Origin: a phage
Length of the DNA: 64,000 bases
Assembly (NCBI GenBank): GCA_036611895.1
Contig: GCA_036611895.1_4766.1
Direction: 5' to 3' (one strand)
Part shown: positions 1 to 8,669 of the stretch, one piece after another
Position numbering within the stretch: position 1 is the first letter of the stretch
How the letters are laid out: each line of letters opens with the position of its first letter
Notes under the pieces: model-generated
The model's database searches: none
Told to the model about the DNA's origin: nothing
What the model saw: the letters and a program-made list of their open reading frames with translations, nothing else
Program-made: the position numbers and the translations under genes

Positions 1-566
1 ATGTAGTTAATACGAATTACATCCTCGGTAATGATGTCGTTGTGAATCCAACGATACAAGCTGCCTTGCATCTTGTGTTCATCATCACGGGAACCAGCAA
101 CCCAGGAATAGGTTGAGGTAGACTTAAAGTCCTGCAACAGACCTTCTGTTACGATGTCGAACTTACCACCGATAGTCCAACCCTTAACTACCCTGGTTCC
201 ACGCTTTTCAATGTAGATTGGGATAAGGTCAGGGTTAGCATCAAAGTCTGCTTTGGTTGGGTTAATGACTACTGCATCAATTACTCGCTGAGGATAACCC
301 AGTTTTTTCAATGCAGTCTTATGACCCAGCTTCCAGGCTTTCTCGATAGAATCATGTAAGCCAGTACCCATTGATGTGGAGACGAAATCCATAACATCAA
401 TTGACTGGTCACTTAAATCTACACGATGTTTCATGACGATTTGCTTAATAGGCTTAAGCAATGTAGTAACAGACAGATACTTAGGATTGTCTACGTAATC
501 ATACTCGTCATGCAATAGCCATACAGCCAGAGCCAGTGAGACATCATGGTTGTTGGTTATTTTCAT
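1..566 (-). CDS. PD-(D/E)XK family exonuclease (RecB/Cas4-like), N-terminal part; gene runs off the window start
   Basis: Hand translation of minus strand from ATG near 564-566: MKITNNHDVSLALAVWLLHDEYDYVDNPK...GGKFDIVTEGLLQDFKST, with D...DxK nuclease motif. Absent from ORF track because truncated. Confidence 0.5.
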   Translation of the reverse strand, partial: MKITNNHDVSLALAVWLLHDEYDYVDNPKYLSVTTLLKPIKQIVMKHRVDLSDQSIDVMDFVSTSMGTGLHDSIEKAWKLGHKTALKKLGYPQRVIDAVVINPTKADFDANPDLIPIYIEKRGTRVVKGWTIGGKFDIVTEGLLQDFKSTSTYSWVAGSRDDEHKMQGSLYRWIHNDIITEDVIRINY

Positions 567-828
567 TATATGCCTTTTTCAATATACGGTTGGCATAGTG
601 CACAATCTTCTCTGAGTCGTACACCGAAGAGTTTCCAGGTTTACCATTACCCATACGGGCAGCAGCATTTCGCCACAGAGCTTTAAAGGCACAACCTTCA
701 TCGAAGGTCATGCCTAGTGCTTGAATAATATCCTCACACTCTGCTTGGTATGGCTCTTGCTCTTTCCGTTGAGGGTGCTTAACTGGTACTACATACCAGT
801 TATTCAATCCACCGGAGAGCTTAGCCAT
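544..828 (-). CDS. hypothetical protein (94 aa)
   Basis: ORF track; tightly packed between exonuclease and next gene, same strand as flanking genes. Confidence 0.4.
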   Translation of the reverse strand: MAKLSGGLNNWYVVPVKHPQRKEQEPYQAECEDIIQALGMTFDEGCAFKALWRNAAARMGNGKPGNSSVYDSEKIVHYANRILKKAYNENNQQP

Positions 829-1133
829 TATTTATCCTTAGGAATCATGTTTGCCTGGAACTCTGGTTCAGACATCAGACCCAGGTTGCTGAGAGACAGG
901 TAAATGATGTCTTTCAAGTCAACCGAGGTATCGAAACGCTGGTCCAGACTAATCTTCAGGGAATGATTGGCACGGGCCAAATCTTTATAGGTCACATAAG
1001 GTTCATCAGTGAGCAACATTGTGTTCATGGTAAGCAGGGAACCATCATCCACTTTAGGAAGTTGGAAGACTACCTGTGCTGCTACCATCCAATGATATTT
1101 TCTGACTACAGTTTCTTTAGTACTTTTGGTCAT
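828..1133 (-). CDS. hypothetical protein (101 aa)
   Basis: ORF track; 4-nt overlap with downstream DNA polymerase gene start, typical coupled arrangement. Confidence 0.45.
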   Translation of the reverse strand: MTKSTKETVVRKYHWMVAAQVVFQLPKVDDGSLLTMNTMLLTDEPYVTYKDLARANHSLKISLDQRFDTSVDLKDIIYLSLSNLGLMSEPEFQANMIPKDK

Positions 1134-3709
1134 GCGAATGCCTTTTGAATTATTTGATGAACTTCTTCTGGGGTAGCGTGATTTGGAATTTCAATCTCGT
1201 TAGCCCACGTTGGGTAAAACAAGGATAGTTCCCCACCCAAACCAACCTCTGGATGAGCAATATCAGGATGATCTTGCCAGTTAACGGCTTCAACCAAATA
1301 CTTGTTCGTGAACTGCAGGGTATCCATGTTGTCACGAATCATGAAGTACTGAGCATCATGAATATGAATACTAGGACGAATATCTAACCTGAACTCACTG
1401 GCTCTGACTTTACGCATAAACTCCGAACCAGCACGGTTATTCAGTAGACACCAGCTTTGCCCTAAAGCATTACCAGCAGTTCTGCCTTCTGCTTCTGCTT
1501 CATACGGAGTCTTACATGTCCCACGTAATACCTGAGCCAGTAAAGGAGTACGCACTCTCAATCCGAATGCGGCAGTAACATAACCAGTTTTGGCAGCTTC
1601 GTCTAGCTTAGCCTGAACCCACATGTCACTAACTACGTAGAGATCGTGATAACGTTTCTCTGTAGTCTTAGCCTTTTCTTCAGAGAAGCCACAGTTTTTC
1701 ATTAAGCCCATATACGTACCACCATAGGTAAGCAAGAAGGTTGGAGCCTTCGAGTCACTACGCAATGATTTGTACTTATGCTGAATGGAGTTAATGGATT
1801 CTACCGTATCTTCTATGTCTGGCATCTGCTCGCCAAAGTAAGCATATGCACGGAGACTATGCCCATCGTAGCCATCGGTATATACCTTAAGCTTCTGTGG
1901 GTCTTTAGTAGTCAGTGCAGAGATTCTGTCTTCCAGCGAGGCGAAATCCAAGCCGCAAAATATCCAGCCTGGAGGAGCTTCGAAGCATTTCTTAATCTTC
2001 TTGGCATATTTAGAGCCGGATGGAATTGTTTGTAGATTTGGCTCTGAAGCCGATAGCCTACCGGAGACTGTGCCTCCCAGATTGAGGTTACCGAATAGGT
2101 AGTGCCAGCCATCCGGTCCCGGTTGGGCATTCCTGAAAGCTGGTATAAAGCTAGTGATAATCTTATCCACGAGCTTATAGTCGATAAGTGCATTGAGCAG
2201 TTCCTTAACATCTTCACTCTGCGTATGGGTACGCAGTGCTTTAATAGTGTCACCGTCAGTAGCAGGTTGCTTGCTCTTAGTAAGACCAAGAACAGGTAAG
2301 CCAATATAGTCAAATAACAGCTTCTGTAACTGTGGACCAGAGTTAGGATTAAACTCGATATCACAGTCAGCAAGCGTTACCTGCTTCTTCTTCAACTTAG
2401 CATTCTTATCGTCTACCCATTCCTGACGAAGCATCAGGGTGAAATTCTTCATGAGCTTAGACTCACGAATAGTTTTCAGAGCCTGGTTCCTGTCAGTTTC
2501 CATCTCCTTAGCCACTTGGTTAACGGTATCCATATTCATGGGCATACCGGTTAACTGCATCTGGATGATGTCTTCGCAAGCTGGTTTAAAGATGTTGTTG
2601 TAAACATCTAGTTGGTCATCAGCAATGAGAGTATCCCAGTGCTTCTCATAGGTGTACCAAGTACACAAACCATCAATGAGGTTGTAACGTAACAGTTGCT
2701 CATTAGGAATAAGACGAATGTCTTTAATATCATCCTGAGCATAGTTACCAGCATACTCCTGAGCCTGATCTTTCAGACTAAGGTGATTACCAGCACAACT
2801 ATTAGTAGCCAGGTAGGTGATTAACTTAGTACAGTCCCAGTTACGTAGCATGATATCCATGCCATGCAGTAAGCCTTCCGTATCAATCAGATTATCCATG
2901 AATAACTGATAGATAAGCACATACACGTCATAGCTAATGTTGTGATACATCTGACGTTGTGTGTACTTAATGAAGAACTCACGCAGAAGATTTCGAACAA
3001 TATCGTTTCTGTTGATACGCCCATAAGGTGCTTCAGTAGCTCCAGGAATTGGCTCGTAGTCCACATTAAAGGCTATGCCTTGTGTCTTACTCCAACAGAA
3101 TGTAATTGTCCCTATACCGGCGTTATAGTGCTTTAAACCGAATGCTTCAATGTCTATAGCCAGAGGCTTATTCATCTCAAGCAGTTGGTCTAGCCAGGCT
3201 TTAATCTTCTCTGGGGTATCCGGATAGGCTTCAAACTCAATGATTCCCTGACCTGGTTCAGCATACTGTCCACGTATGTGGTTAAGTAATGCATCCATAC
3301 CCTGAGCAATCTTGGATTTTACTACAGGAGGATCATAAAAGACCTGCCTGTAGCTAGGTGCATAGATAACCTTCTGCTTACCCCATACTGAGTCACAAAC
3401 ATAGCCGAGGTTAGCCTCTGCTTTAGCTTCTTTAGTCAGTATTTTGAAGTAATCAGAATCGGTACAGATAATGTATTGAGTCTCTGCATCATCCAGTACT
3501 TGTTGCAACTCCTGCTGTATGAACTCCTTAATCTCCCTTGCAGGAGTCTTCTTCTTGCCTGGGGCAGAATGAAGTTCAATGAAGATGAAATCTTCCATAC
3601 TAAGGTCATTAGGCAGCAGGTAGGTTTTAATCATCTCCTCCCTTCGGATTTGATGACCGAGGATAGCAATAGGATACTTACCCGTATCTTGAGAGGTGAT
3701 GTAACGCAT
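1130..3709 (-). CDS. DNA polymerase, family A (Pol I/T7-like) with 3'-5' exonuclease domain
   Basis: 859 aa. Exo I motif LAIDIEAFGL; pol motif A GLDFASLEDRI, motif B RSDSKAPTFLLTYGG, motif C IHIHDAQYF. Confidence 0.9.
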   Translation of the reverse strand: MRYITSQDTGKYPIAILGHQIRREEMIKTYLLPNDLSMEDFIFIELHSAPGKKKTPAREIKEFIQQELQQVLDDAETQYIICTDSDYFKILTKEAKAEANLGYVCDSVWGKQKVIYAPSYRQVFYDPPVVKSKIAQGMDALLNHIRGQYAEPGQGIIEFEAYPDTPEKIKAWLDQLLEMNKPLAIDIEAFGLKHYNAGIGTITFCWSKTQGIAFNVDYEPIPGATEAPYGRINRNDIVRNLLREFFIKYTQRQMYHNISYDVYVLIYQLFMDNLIDTEGLLHGMDIMLRNWDCTKLITYLATNSCAGNHLSLKDQAQEYAGNYAQDDIKDIRLIPNEQLLRYNLIDGLCTWYTYEKHWDTLIADDQLDVYNNIFKPACEDIIQMQLTGMPMNMDTVNQVAKEMETDRNQALKTIRESKLMKNFTLMLRQEWVDDKNAKLKKKQVTLADCDIEFNPNSGPQLQKLLFDYIGLPVLGLTKSKQPATDGDTIKALRTHTQSEDVKELLNALIDYKLVDKIITSFIPAFRNAQPGPDGWHYLFGNLNLGGTVSGRLSASEPNLQTIPSGSKYAKKIKKCFEAPPGWIFCGLDFASLEDRISALTTKDPQKLKVYTDGYDGHSLRAYAYFGEQMPDIEDTVESINSIQHKYKSLRSDSKAPTFLLTYGGTYMGLMKNCGFSEEKAKTTEKRYHDLYVVSDMWVQAKLDEAAKTGYVTAAFGLRVRTPLLAQVLRGTCKTPYEAEAEGRTAGNALGQSWCLLNNRAGSEFMRKVRASEFRLDIRPSIHIHDAQYFMIRDNMDTLQFTNKYLVEAVNWQDHPDIAHPEVGLGGELSLFYPTWANEIEIPNHATPEEVHQIIQKAFA

Positions 3710-3718
3710 AGCTTTACC

Positions 3719-4249
3719 TTAGAAAATCAGATGGGAAGCTGCATAGTACTCAATAGAGGGAAGAATCTTCTCATACTGCTTTATTGCCATGGGATCACCA
3801 GCAAGTGTCCAGGCTGCTTCACGAGTACGGGGCAGTTCCTTGTACTTACCAGTCTGGTCTTGAGCTACCAGGCACTCAGGCAGAGCATCACGCACATCCT
3901 GATAGGACATACAACCACGAACCAGGCGATATACAGTCTGGTTCACAAGGTGTACTTCCATAATCAGACGACTGGAGGCTTTCAGATACTTGTCCATTGC
4001 AGGCCAAAGTTCTGGATTAAGTGTTAATCGTTCACCGTAGGTTGGAGGTCTCGCAGCATTAGAACGCTGATAGAACTCCCCTTGATAAAGAAATCCAGCC
4101 GATACATCAATACCATTGATACGGTCATTCTTATCAATGATACCGTTTAACACACTATCAATACGAACCAGTTCTGCTAAGAACAGGTGTTTGACTATAT
4201 CGCTGCTATTGGCAACTTGACCAATAGTCGCTGAACCAATCTGAGGCAT
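3719..4249 (-). CDS. hypothetical protein (176 aa)
   Basis: ORF track; fills gap between helicase and polymerase genes on same strand. Confidence 0.5.
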   Translation of the reverse strand: MPQIGSATIGQVANSSDIVKHLFLAELVRIDSVLNGIIDKNDRINGIDVSAGFLYQGEFYQRSNAARPPTYGERLTLNPELWPAMDKYLKASSRLIMEVHLVNQTVYRLVRGCMSYQDVRDALPECLVAQDQTGKYKELPRTREAAWTLAGDPMAIKQYEKILPSIEYYAASHLIF

Positions 4250-4259
4250 ATATCCTCCC

Positions 4260-5570
4260 TTAGAAAGTTAGACCACCATACTTACTGGCAAGATTGCCAT
4301 AGAACACTACTCGCTTACGTGCACGGGATACAGCGACGTAAAGCAGACGGGCAACCATATCAGGTTGGCGACAGCTTGAGAGGTCATCTGCATCAATAAA
4401 GATTGTGTCGTAAGTAGAGCCTTGTGATTTATGGACAGTACATGCATGAGTAGCACGCAGGTCTGGAATGGTTTCTTTAAGACGGAAGTAAGGTTCCCAG
4501 TTCTTCTCCTTACCCAACCACTTAACCAAACGGTTGAAGTATTCTGGGTCAGTAGGTACTGGAACTTCACTTACAATACCACCATAACCAAGGTCCAGAG
4601 TACTATCACGAACTTCCAGTTCCAGGTCACCTGTAACTGGAATCATGCGAGTACTGCTATCCTGGTCAATGAGTTTTACGTCTTGCTCGATAGATAGACG
4701 GTCTTCCACACCTAAGCGAACAGCAGAGTTAGATACTAGTTGTTCACCAATGGAGTACTCACCCACGTAGCCATTAGCTTCACGAATGTAGTTATTGTAA
4801 TTAATAACCTGGTCATTCGTATAAGCAACAATACGGCTATTGGTAGGTTGAGTGAAGTGACTGAGAACCAGTTTCTCCATCTCTTCCCCCTGTACCCAGT
4901 CAATAATGCCCGGAATACATTTAATAGGCAGGAAGCCTGTCTTACCTTCCACCGTATCACGTAATTGCTGGTGCAATGCTTTGAGTTCCGGTGCATCGGT
5001 ACGCATCTGTTCAGTCAGATAGTGTGTTGGGATATTCCCTGCATACACTGGAGACTTATTCTCTTTAACAGGCAGAAGCTGAGAAGCATCCCCTACGAAT
5101 ACCAGCTTACACTGGTGAGTACCTTCACGAGCATACTTAAGTAACTGACGGTCAATCATGGATGCTTCGTCTACGAAGATGATTTTGTTCTTCTTAATAT
5201 TGAATGATTTAGACGGTACGACATTAGCCTCACCAGTCTTAAAGTCATTCTTAACAATCAATCCCTGGAAGGAATGATAGGTAGATGTTGGACGTCCAGT
5301 AGCCTGAGCCAGAACTTCGGCAGCCTTGTTCGTGGTCGCAGTCATAACAACTTCGTTATACAGGGGCTTGGTTCCCATAAGGGAGCAAGTTTCCATATAT
5401 GCAGGCATTGTGTCATCAATGAGGTGCGACATCAGGAATGTCTTACCAGTACCACCTGGGCCTGAAATTCCAAATTCGGTAGCATTAGGGTCGAGCAGGA
5501 AGTCGAAGAACTCCTTCGCAACCGCTTCTTGCCCCTTGTTCAGTGGGGCTTTGGTAGGTTTGGAAAACAT
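4260..5570 (-). CDS. SF1B DNA helicase (Dda/RecD-like)
   Basis: 436 aa. Walker A GPGGTGKT; motif II IIFVDEASMI; C-terminal HKSQGSTYD helicase motif. Confidence 0.85.
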   Translation of the reverse strand: MFSKPTKAPLNKGQEAVAKEFFDFLLDPNATEFGISGPGGTGKTFLMSHLIDDTMPAYMETCSLMGTKPLYNEVVMTATTNKAAEVLAQATGRPTSTYHSFQGLIVKNDFKTGEANVVPSKSFNIKKNKIIFVDEASMIDRQLLKYAREGTHQCKLVFVGDASQLLPVKENKSPVYAGNIPTHYLTEQMRTDAPELKALHQQLRDTVEGKTGFLPIKCIPGIIDWVQGEEMEKLVLSHFTQPTNSRIVAYTNDQVINYNNYIREANGYVGEYSIGEQLVSNSAVRLGVEDRLSIEQDVKLIDQDSSTRMIPVTGDLELEVRDSTLDLGYGGIVSEVPVPTDPEYFNRLVKWLGKEKNWEPYFRLKETIPDLRATHACTVHKSQGSTYDTIFIDADDLSSCRQPDMVARLLYVAVSRARKRVVFYGNLASKYGGLTF

Positions 5571-5603
5571 TAAAATCTCCAGTAAAAAACCCTCCGTAGA
5601 GGG

Positions 5604-6059
5604 TTAGATGTAAGGGGTTAAATCTGGGGGAGTATAGTCTTTCCCTTTCATAACTTTCTTATTCTCATTGAAGACAGGTTCCCCATCTTCAAACTTAGAA
5701 TAGTTTGAGCGATTGACTTCAGCCAATGCTCCAGGGACATTCATCCCAAGGAAAGTACCGACGCCAGTTGCTGTAACAATCTGGTCTGCCAGTGAATCCA
5801 GCAGGTTGGTACTGGCGTCAATGCGATAAGCATCGTCATTACGTTTCATATGGTTTGCCAGATTTGTAATGGCATCTTGTGCACGTTGTAGCAATTCTGC
5901 ATCGTAGCTACCATTTGGATAAATGGTCTGAAGCATTTCTTCTACTTCTTCCAGATGACAACCAATCTGGGTACTAATGTTCTTACTCGTCGGATTCGGT
6001 ACGGCTTTTAGAAACCATTGCCGTGTGTTTTCCAGCGTACAAACGGATGAACTTGTCAT
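5604..6059 (-). CDS. hypothetical protein (151 aa); start may be downstream of annotated ATG
   Basis: ORF track; 5' end overlaps upstream HTH gene by about 77 nt in another frame. Acidic helical motif HLEEVEEMLQ; function not assignable. Confidence 0.4.
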   Translation of the reverse strand: MTSSSVCTLENTRQWFLKAVPNPTSKNISTQIGCHLEEVEEMLQTIYPNGSYDAELLQRAQDAITNLANHMKRNDDAYRIDASTNLLDSLADQIVTATGVGTFLGMNVPGALAEVNRSNYSKFEDGEPVFNENKKVMKGKDYTPPDLTPYI

Positions 6060-6378
6060 GCTCAGTCTCTTGGTTAAGGTGGCGATTGTTATATGCCTCC
6101 AGAATCAAGTCTCTTACATATGAGCGAATCTCATAAGCAGGACCAACTTGTTCTGACAGCCAATCAGCCACATGGGTTGGTAAAGGACGTAATACGTTTT
6201 CCATGAACGTCCGACGTGTGTCGGCTGGTTCAATGTTTAGAGAACGCAATCGCAAAGTAACTGTAGTTGGGTGAACCCCCAACGTCTTAGCGATAGTTGC
6301 GAGGGACAGACCAACAGCATTCATACGAATGATGTCTTCATCGGTTGCTTTGCGATTACTTCTGAATACTTTAGACAT
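5983..6378 (-). CDS. helix-turn-helix DNA-binding protein
   Basis: 131 aa. HTH-like segment LSLATIAKTLGVHPTTVTLRL; RBS GAGGAAA about 9 nt upstream of ATG. Confidence 0.55.
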   Translation of the reverse strand: MSKVFRSNRKATDEDIIRMNAVGLSLATIAKTLGVHPTTVTLRLRSLNIEPADTRRTFMENVLRPLPTHVADWLSEQVGPAYEIRSYVRDLILEAYNNRHLNQETEHDKFIRLYAGKHTAMVSKSRTESDE

Positions 6379-6396
6379 AGCTTATTTCCTCTTCAA

Positions 6397-6430
6397 AGAT
6401 AGCCTCACTTTATTATAAGTGAGGCTATTT
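6397..6430. promoter_or_regulatory. Near-perfect palindrome (10-12 bp arms, 6-nt centre) immediately upstream of the HTH gene RBS; candidate operator or processing hairpin
   Basis: agcctcactt-tattat-aagtgaggct read directly in sequence; arms extend with flanking a/t pairs. Confidence 0.4.
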
Positions 6431-6604
6431 GAACAGGCTAGGACTGGTTCTTATACCATTCCCCGAACTCTTTCATTGCATCTTCTAAGGACAAGCCTTC
6501 AAAGAATTGACCAAAGTGTCCGTTGTACGTCACACAAATCCTTGTAACGGTTTACTTTAGGGGTGTGATTACTTCCCGTATAACCACCTTATCAATGCTA
6601 ATCA

Positions 6605-8665
6605 TTACTTAGTAGCCTTGATCAGCTTGGTAGCTAACTTAGTTTCTTCTTCAGTCAGTCCCATTGCAGTGAATGACTTCTTAGCATGACGCTTATAGTC
6701 TTGCAGAGCATGGCCTTTCTGATAGTCAGAGTACGTCGTATCGTTAAGGATGCTACGCAGATTATCAGCGTGTTTACCAGACGGAGCTACTTTAGTGGCA
6801 GCAGCAGAACGTGTAGGTTTAACTGTCTTATCCTGCTTAACAGCTTTAGGTTTACCAATAGGTTTAGCTGTATAGGTAGCACGTACATCAGCAATCTTAG
6901 CTACTACATCACTACCTACACCGAATGCACCCCAAGGCTTTCTGGCTTTGGAACGCAGTTCTACCAGAAGGTCAGCAGCAGCTAACTTATCTTCCGGTGT
7001 TGTTGCATTAAGGAACTCTTTGACTAGTTCCTGGATTTGTTCTTTCACAGTAGGAGCCTTCTTAATAGCAGGTTTAAGGTCAGTAGCTTTCACTGGTTCA
7101 GCAGCTACAGCTTCATTCAGCGACTCTTCCATGTTCAGCGCTTCTTTGCTAGCGACTGTACGGAATTGTTCTACAGAACCAGATGTGAGATTAGTGTATT
7201 TGAGGTTAGTACCACGATGACCACCAACCATAATAAGTGTGGTAGGTGAACTATGGTTCCCAACGATGGCATCATTAAGCAGCTTCTTACCTACCTCTGT
7301 CTTAGACAGATAGATACCGCTGTTAACGTTAAGACGTTCCTCTTCCGGTAGTTCAGCAATAATATGATATGCAGATACACGCATCTTATTGGTGCTGTAC
7401 TCAGGAACAGCAAATACATCTTCAGGTGCTACTTTACCAAGGATAGTTACGTCACCACCGAAGCTACGGATATAGCTCATGGATGCTACGTGCAGACCGT
7501 TAGAACAATCCTGACGACGGTCAGGGTCTACCAGGTCTTCACGTACCTGAACTTTACAGCCTACCCATTGACGAATTCTACCTGAGTGACAGTCAACGAA
7601 TACACGTCTACCATTTTCTGCGTCTTTATACTTCAGACGCTTCAGGAACAGGATTGAACCATCATCAGCAATAGGTAGCTCAGCAGTTTCCATGAATTTC
7701 ATCAGGTCTTCTACTGAGTGCAGACGGTCTTTAATAACCGGAGCCAGACGCTCAAGGAACTTAGTAAAGCCCTTGTAGTCTTTCAGCTGGGCAGACTGAC
7801 GTAGATGACGATGCAGGTTTTCAACTCCGGGGATAACCCCATTATTGGTAACAGCAACAACCACTTCGTCTTCCTTCACTTCGGTGTGAAAGTTAGCATC
7901 ATCAGTACTGATAGCACCTAATGCAGCCAGCTTCTCAGAAGCAGCAGCCAGCTTATCCTGGTTCGTAGTTTTAGCTATTTCTACATAAGGAGATGGCGTT
8001 ACATCACGACTGGTAAATACAATGTGTACTCCTTTGATGTGCTGAGCTTGTTTAGCAAACTCACTCATTTCATCATCGGATACTGCACGAATTGCAATAG
8101 GCCATTCTCGTGCAAGGATACGATTGGTATGGTCATAACCCCAACTCAGTACGTCATTGATAAAACGAACCAGTGCAGGATGGTTATGGTCCTTATCCCA
8201 GCCAGTAACCCACATCAGGTTTTCACGTCTGTCGTAGAAACCATCAGATACAGTTACTTCTGGTTCATTAGCCTGTACAGCCAGGAAGGTATCCATAGCT
8301 TTAGATACTAACGTCTTAGTAGGATTGCCCAGCTTAATATCTGAGACGATATGTGCAGGAGGAACACCTGTACCATCCTGGAAGAACTCTTTAAGTTTAG
8401 CTTTAGCTACCTTGAAGAAACGGACGAATCCGTTGGTGTTCTTCTCTGCTTCTAGATACTCAGTACGTAATGCTACTTCTGGCGCAATGTTTACTTCTAC
8501 CAGGTCTTTGGTGGTTCCCAGACCTTTGGTTTGTGCTTCAGATACAATGCGAGCAACCCGTGGGTCGTTCTGAGGATATACAATTGTGGAGCCATCAGGC
8601 TTCCACAGTGTGAGGTTACGACTGTCAACTGCCAGTGCGATGATAGAAATCAGTTCGATTTTCAT
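6605..8665 (-). CDS. rIIB: rIIB-like protein (assigned by synteny with upstream rIIA-like gene)
   Basis: 686 aa ORF directly downstream of the GHKL-ATPase gene with 5-nt spacing. No diagnostic motif; call is synteny only. Confidence 0.45.
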   Translation of the reverse strand: MKIELISIIALAVDSRNLTLWKPDGSTIVYPQNDPRVARIVSEAQTKGLGTTKDLVEVNIAPEVALRTEYLEAEKNTNGFVRFFKVAKAKLKEFFQDGTGVPPAHIVSDIKLGNPTKTLVSKAMDTFLAVQANEPEVTVSDGFYDRRENLMWVTGWDKDHNHPALVRFINDVLSWGYDHTNRILAREWPIAIRAVSDDEMSEFAKQAQHIKGVHIVFTSRDVTPSPYVEIAKTTNQDKLAAASEKLAALGAISTDDANFHTEVKEDEVVVAVTNNGVIPGVENLHRHLRQSAQLKDYKGFTKFLERLAPVIKDRLHSVEDLMKFMETAELPIADDGSILFLKRLKYKDAENGRRVFVDCHSGRIRQWVGCKVQVREDLVDPDRRQDCSNGLHVASMSYIRSFGGDVTILGKVAPEDVFAVPEYSTNKMRVSAYHIIAELPEEERLNVNSGIYLSKTEVGKKLLNDAIVGNHSSPTTLIMVGGHRGTNLKYTNLTSGSVEQFRTVASKEALNMEESLNEAVAAEPVKATDLKPAIKKAPTVKEQIQELVKEFLNATTPEDKLAAADLLVELRSKARKPWGAFGVGSDVVAKIADVRATYTAKPIGKPKAVKQDKTVKPTRSAAATKVAPSGKHADNLRSILNDTTYSDYQKGHALQDYKRHAKKSFTAMGLTEEETKLATKLIKATK

Positions 8666-8669
8666 CAGA

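Noticed and set aside
6431-6604. Possible decayed small ORF (GTG-initiated, about 31 codons) in the rIIB-HTH gap
   Set aside because: No ATG start, no RBS and too short; may be a remnant, but unsupported.
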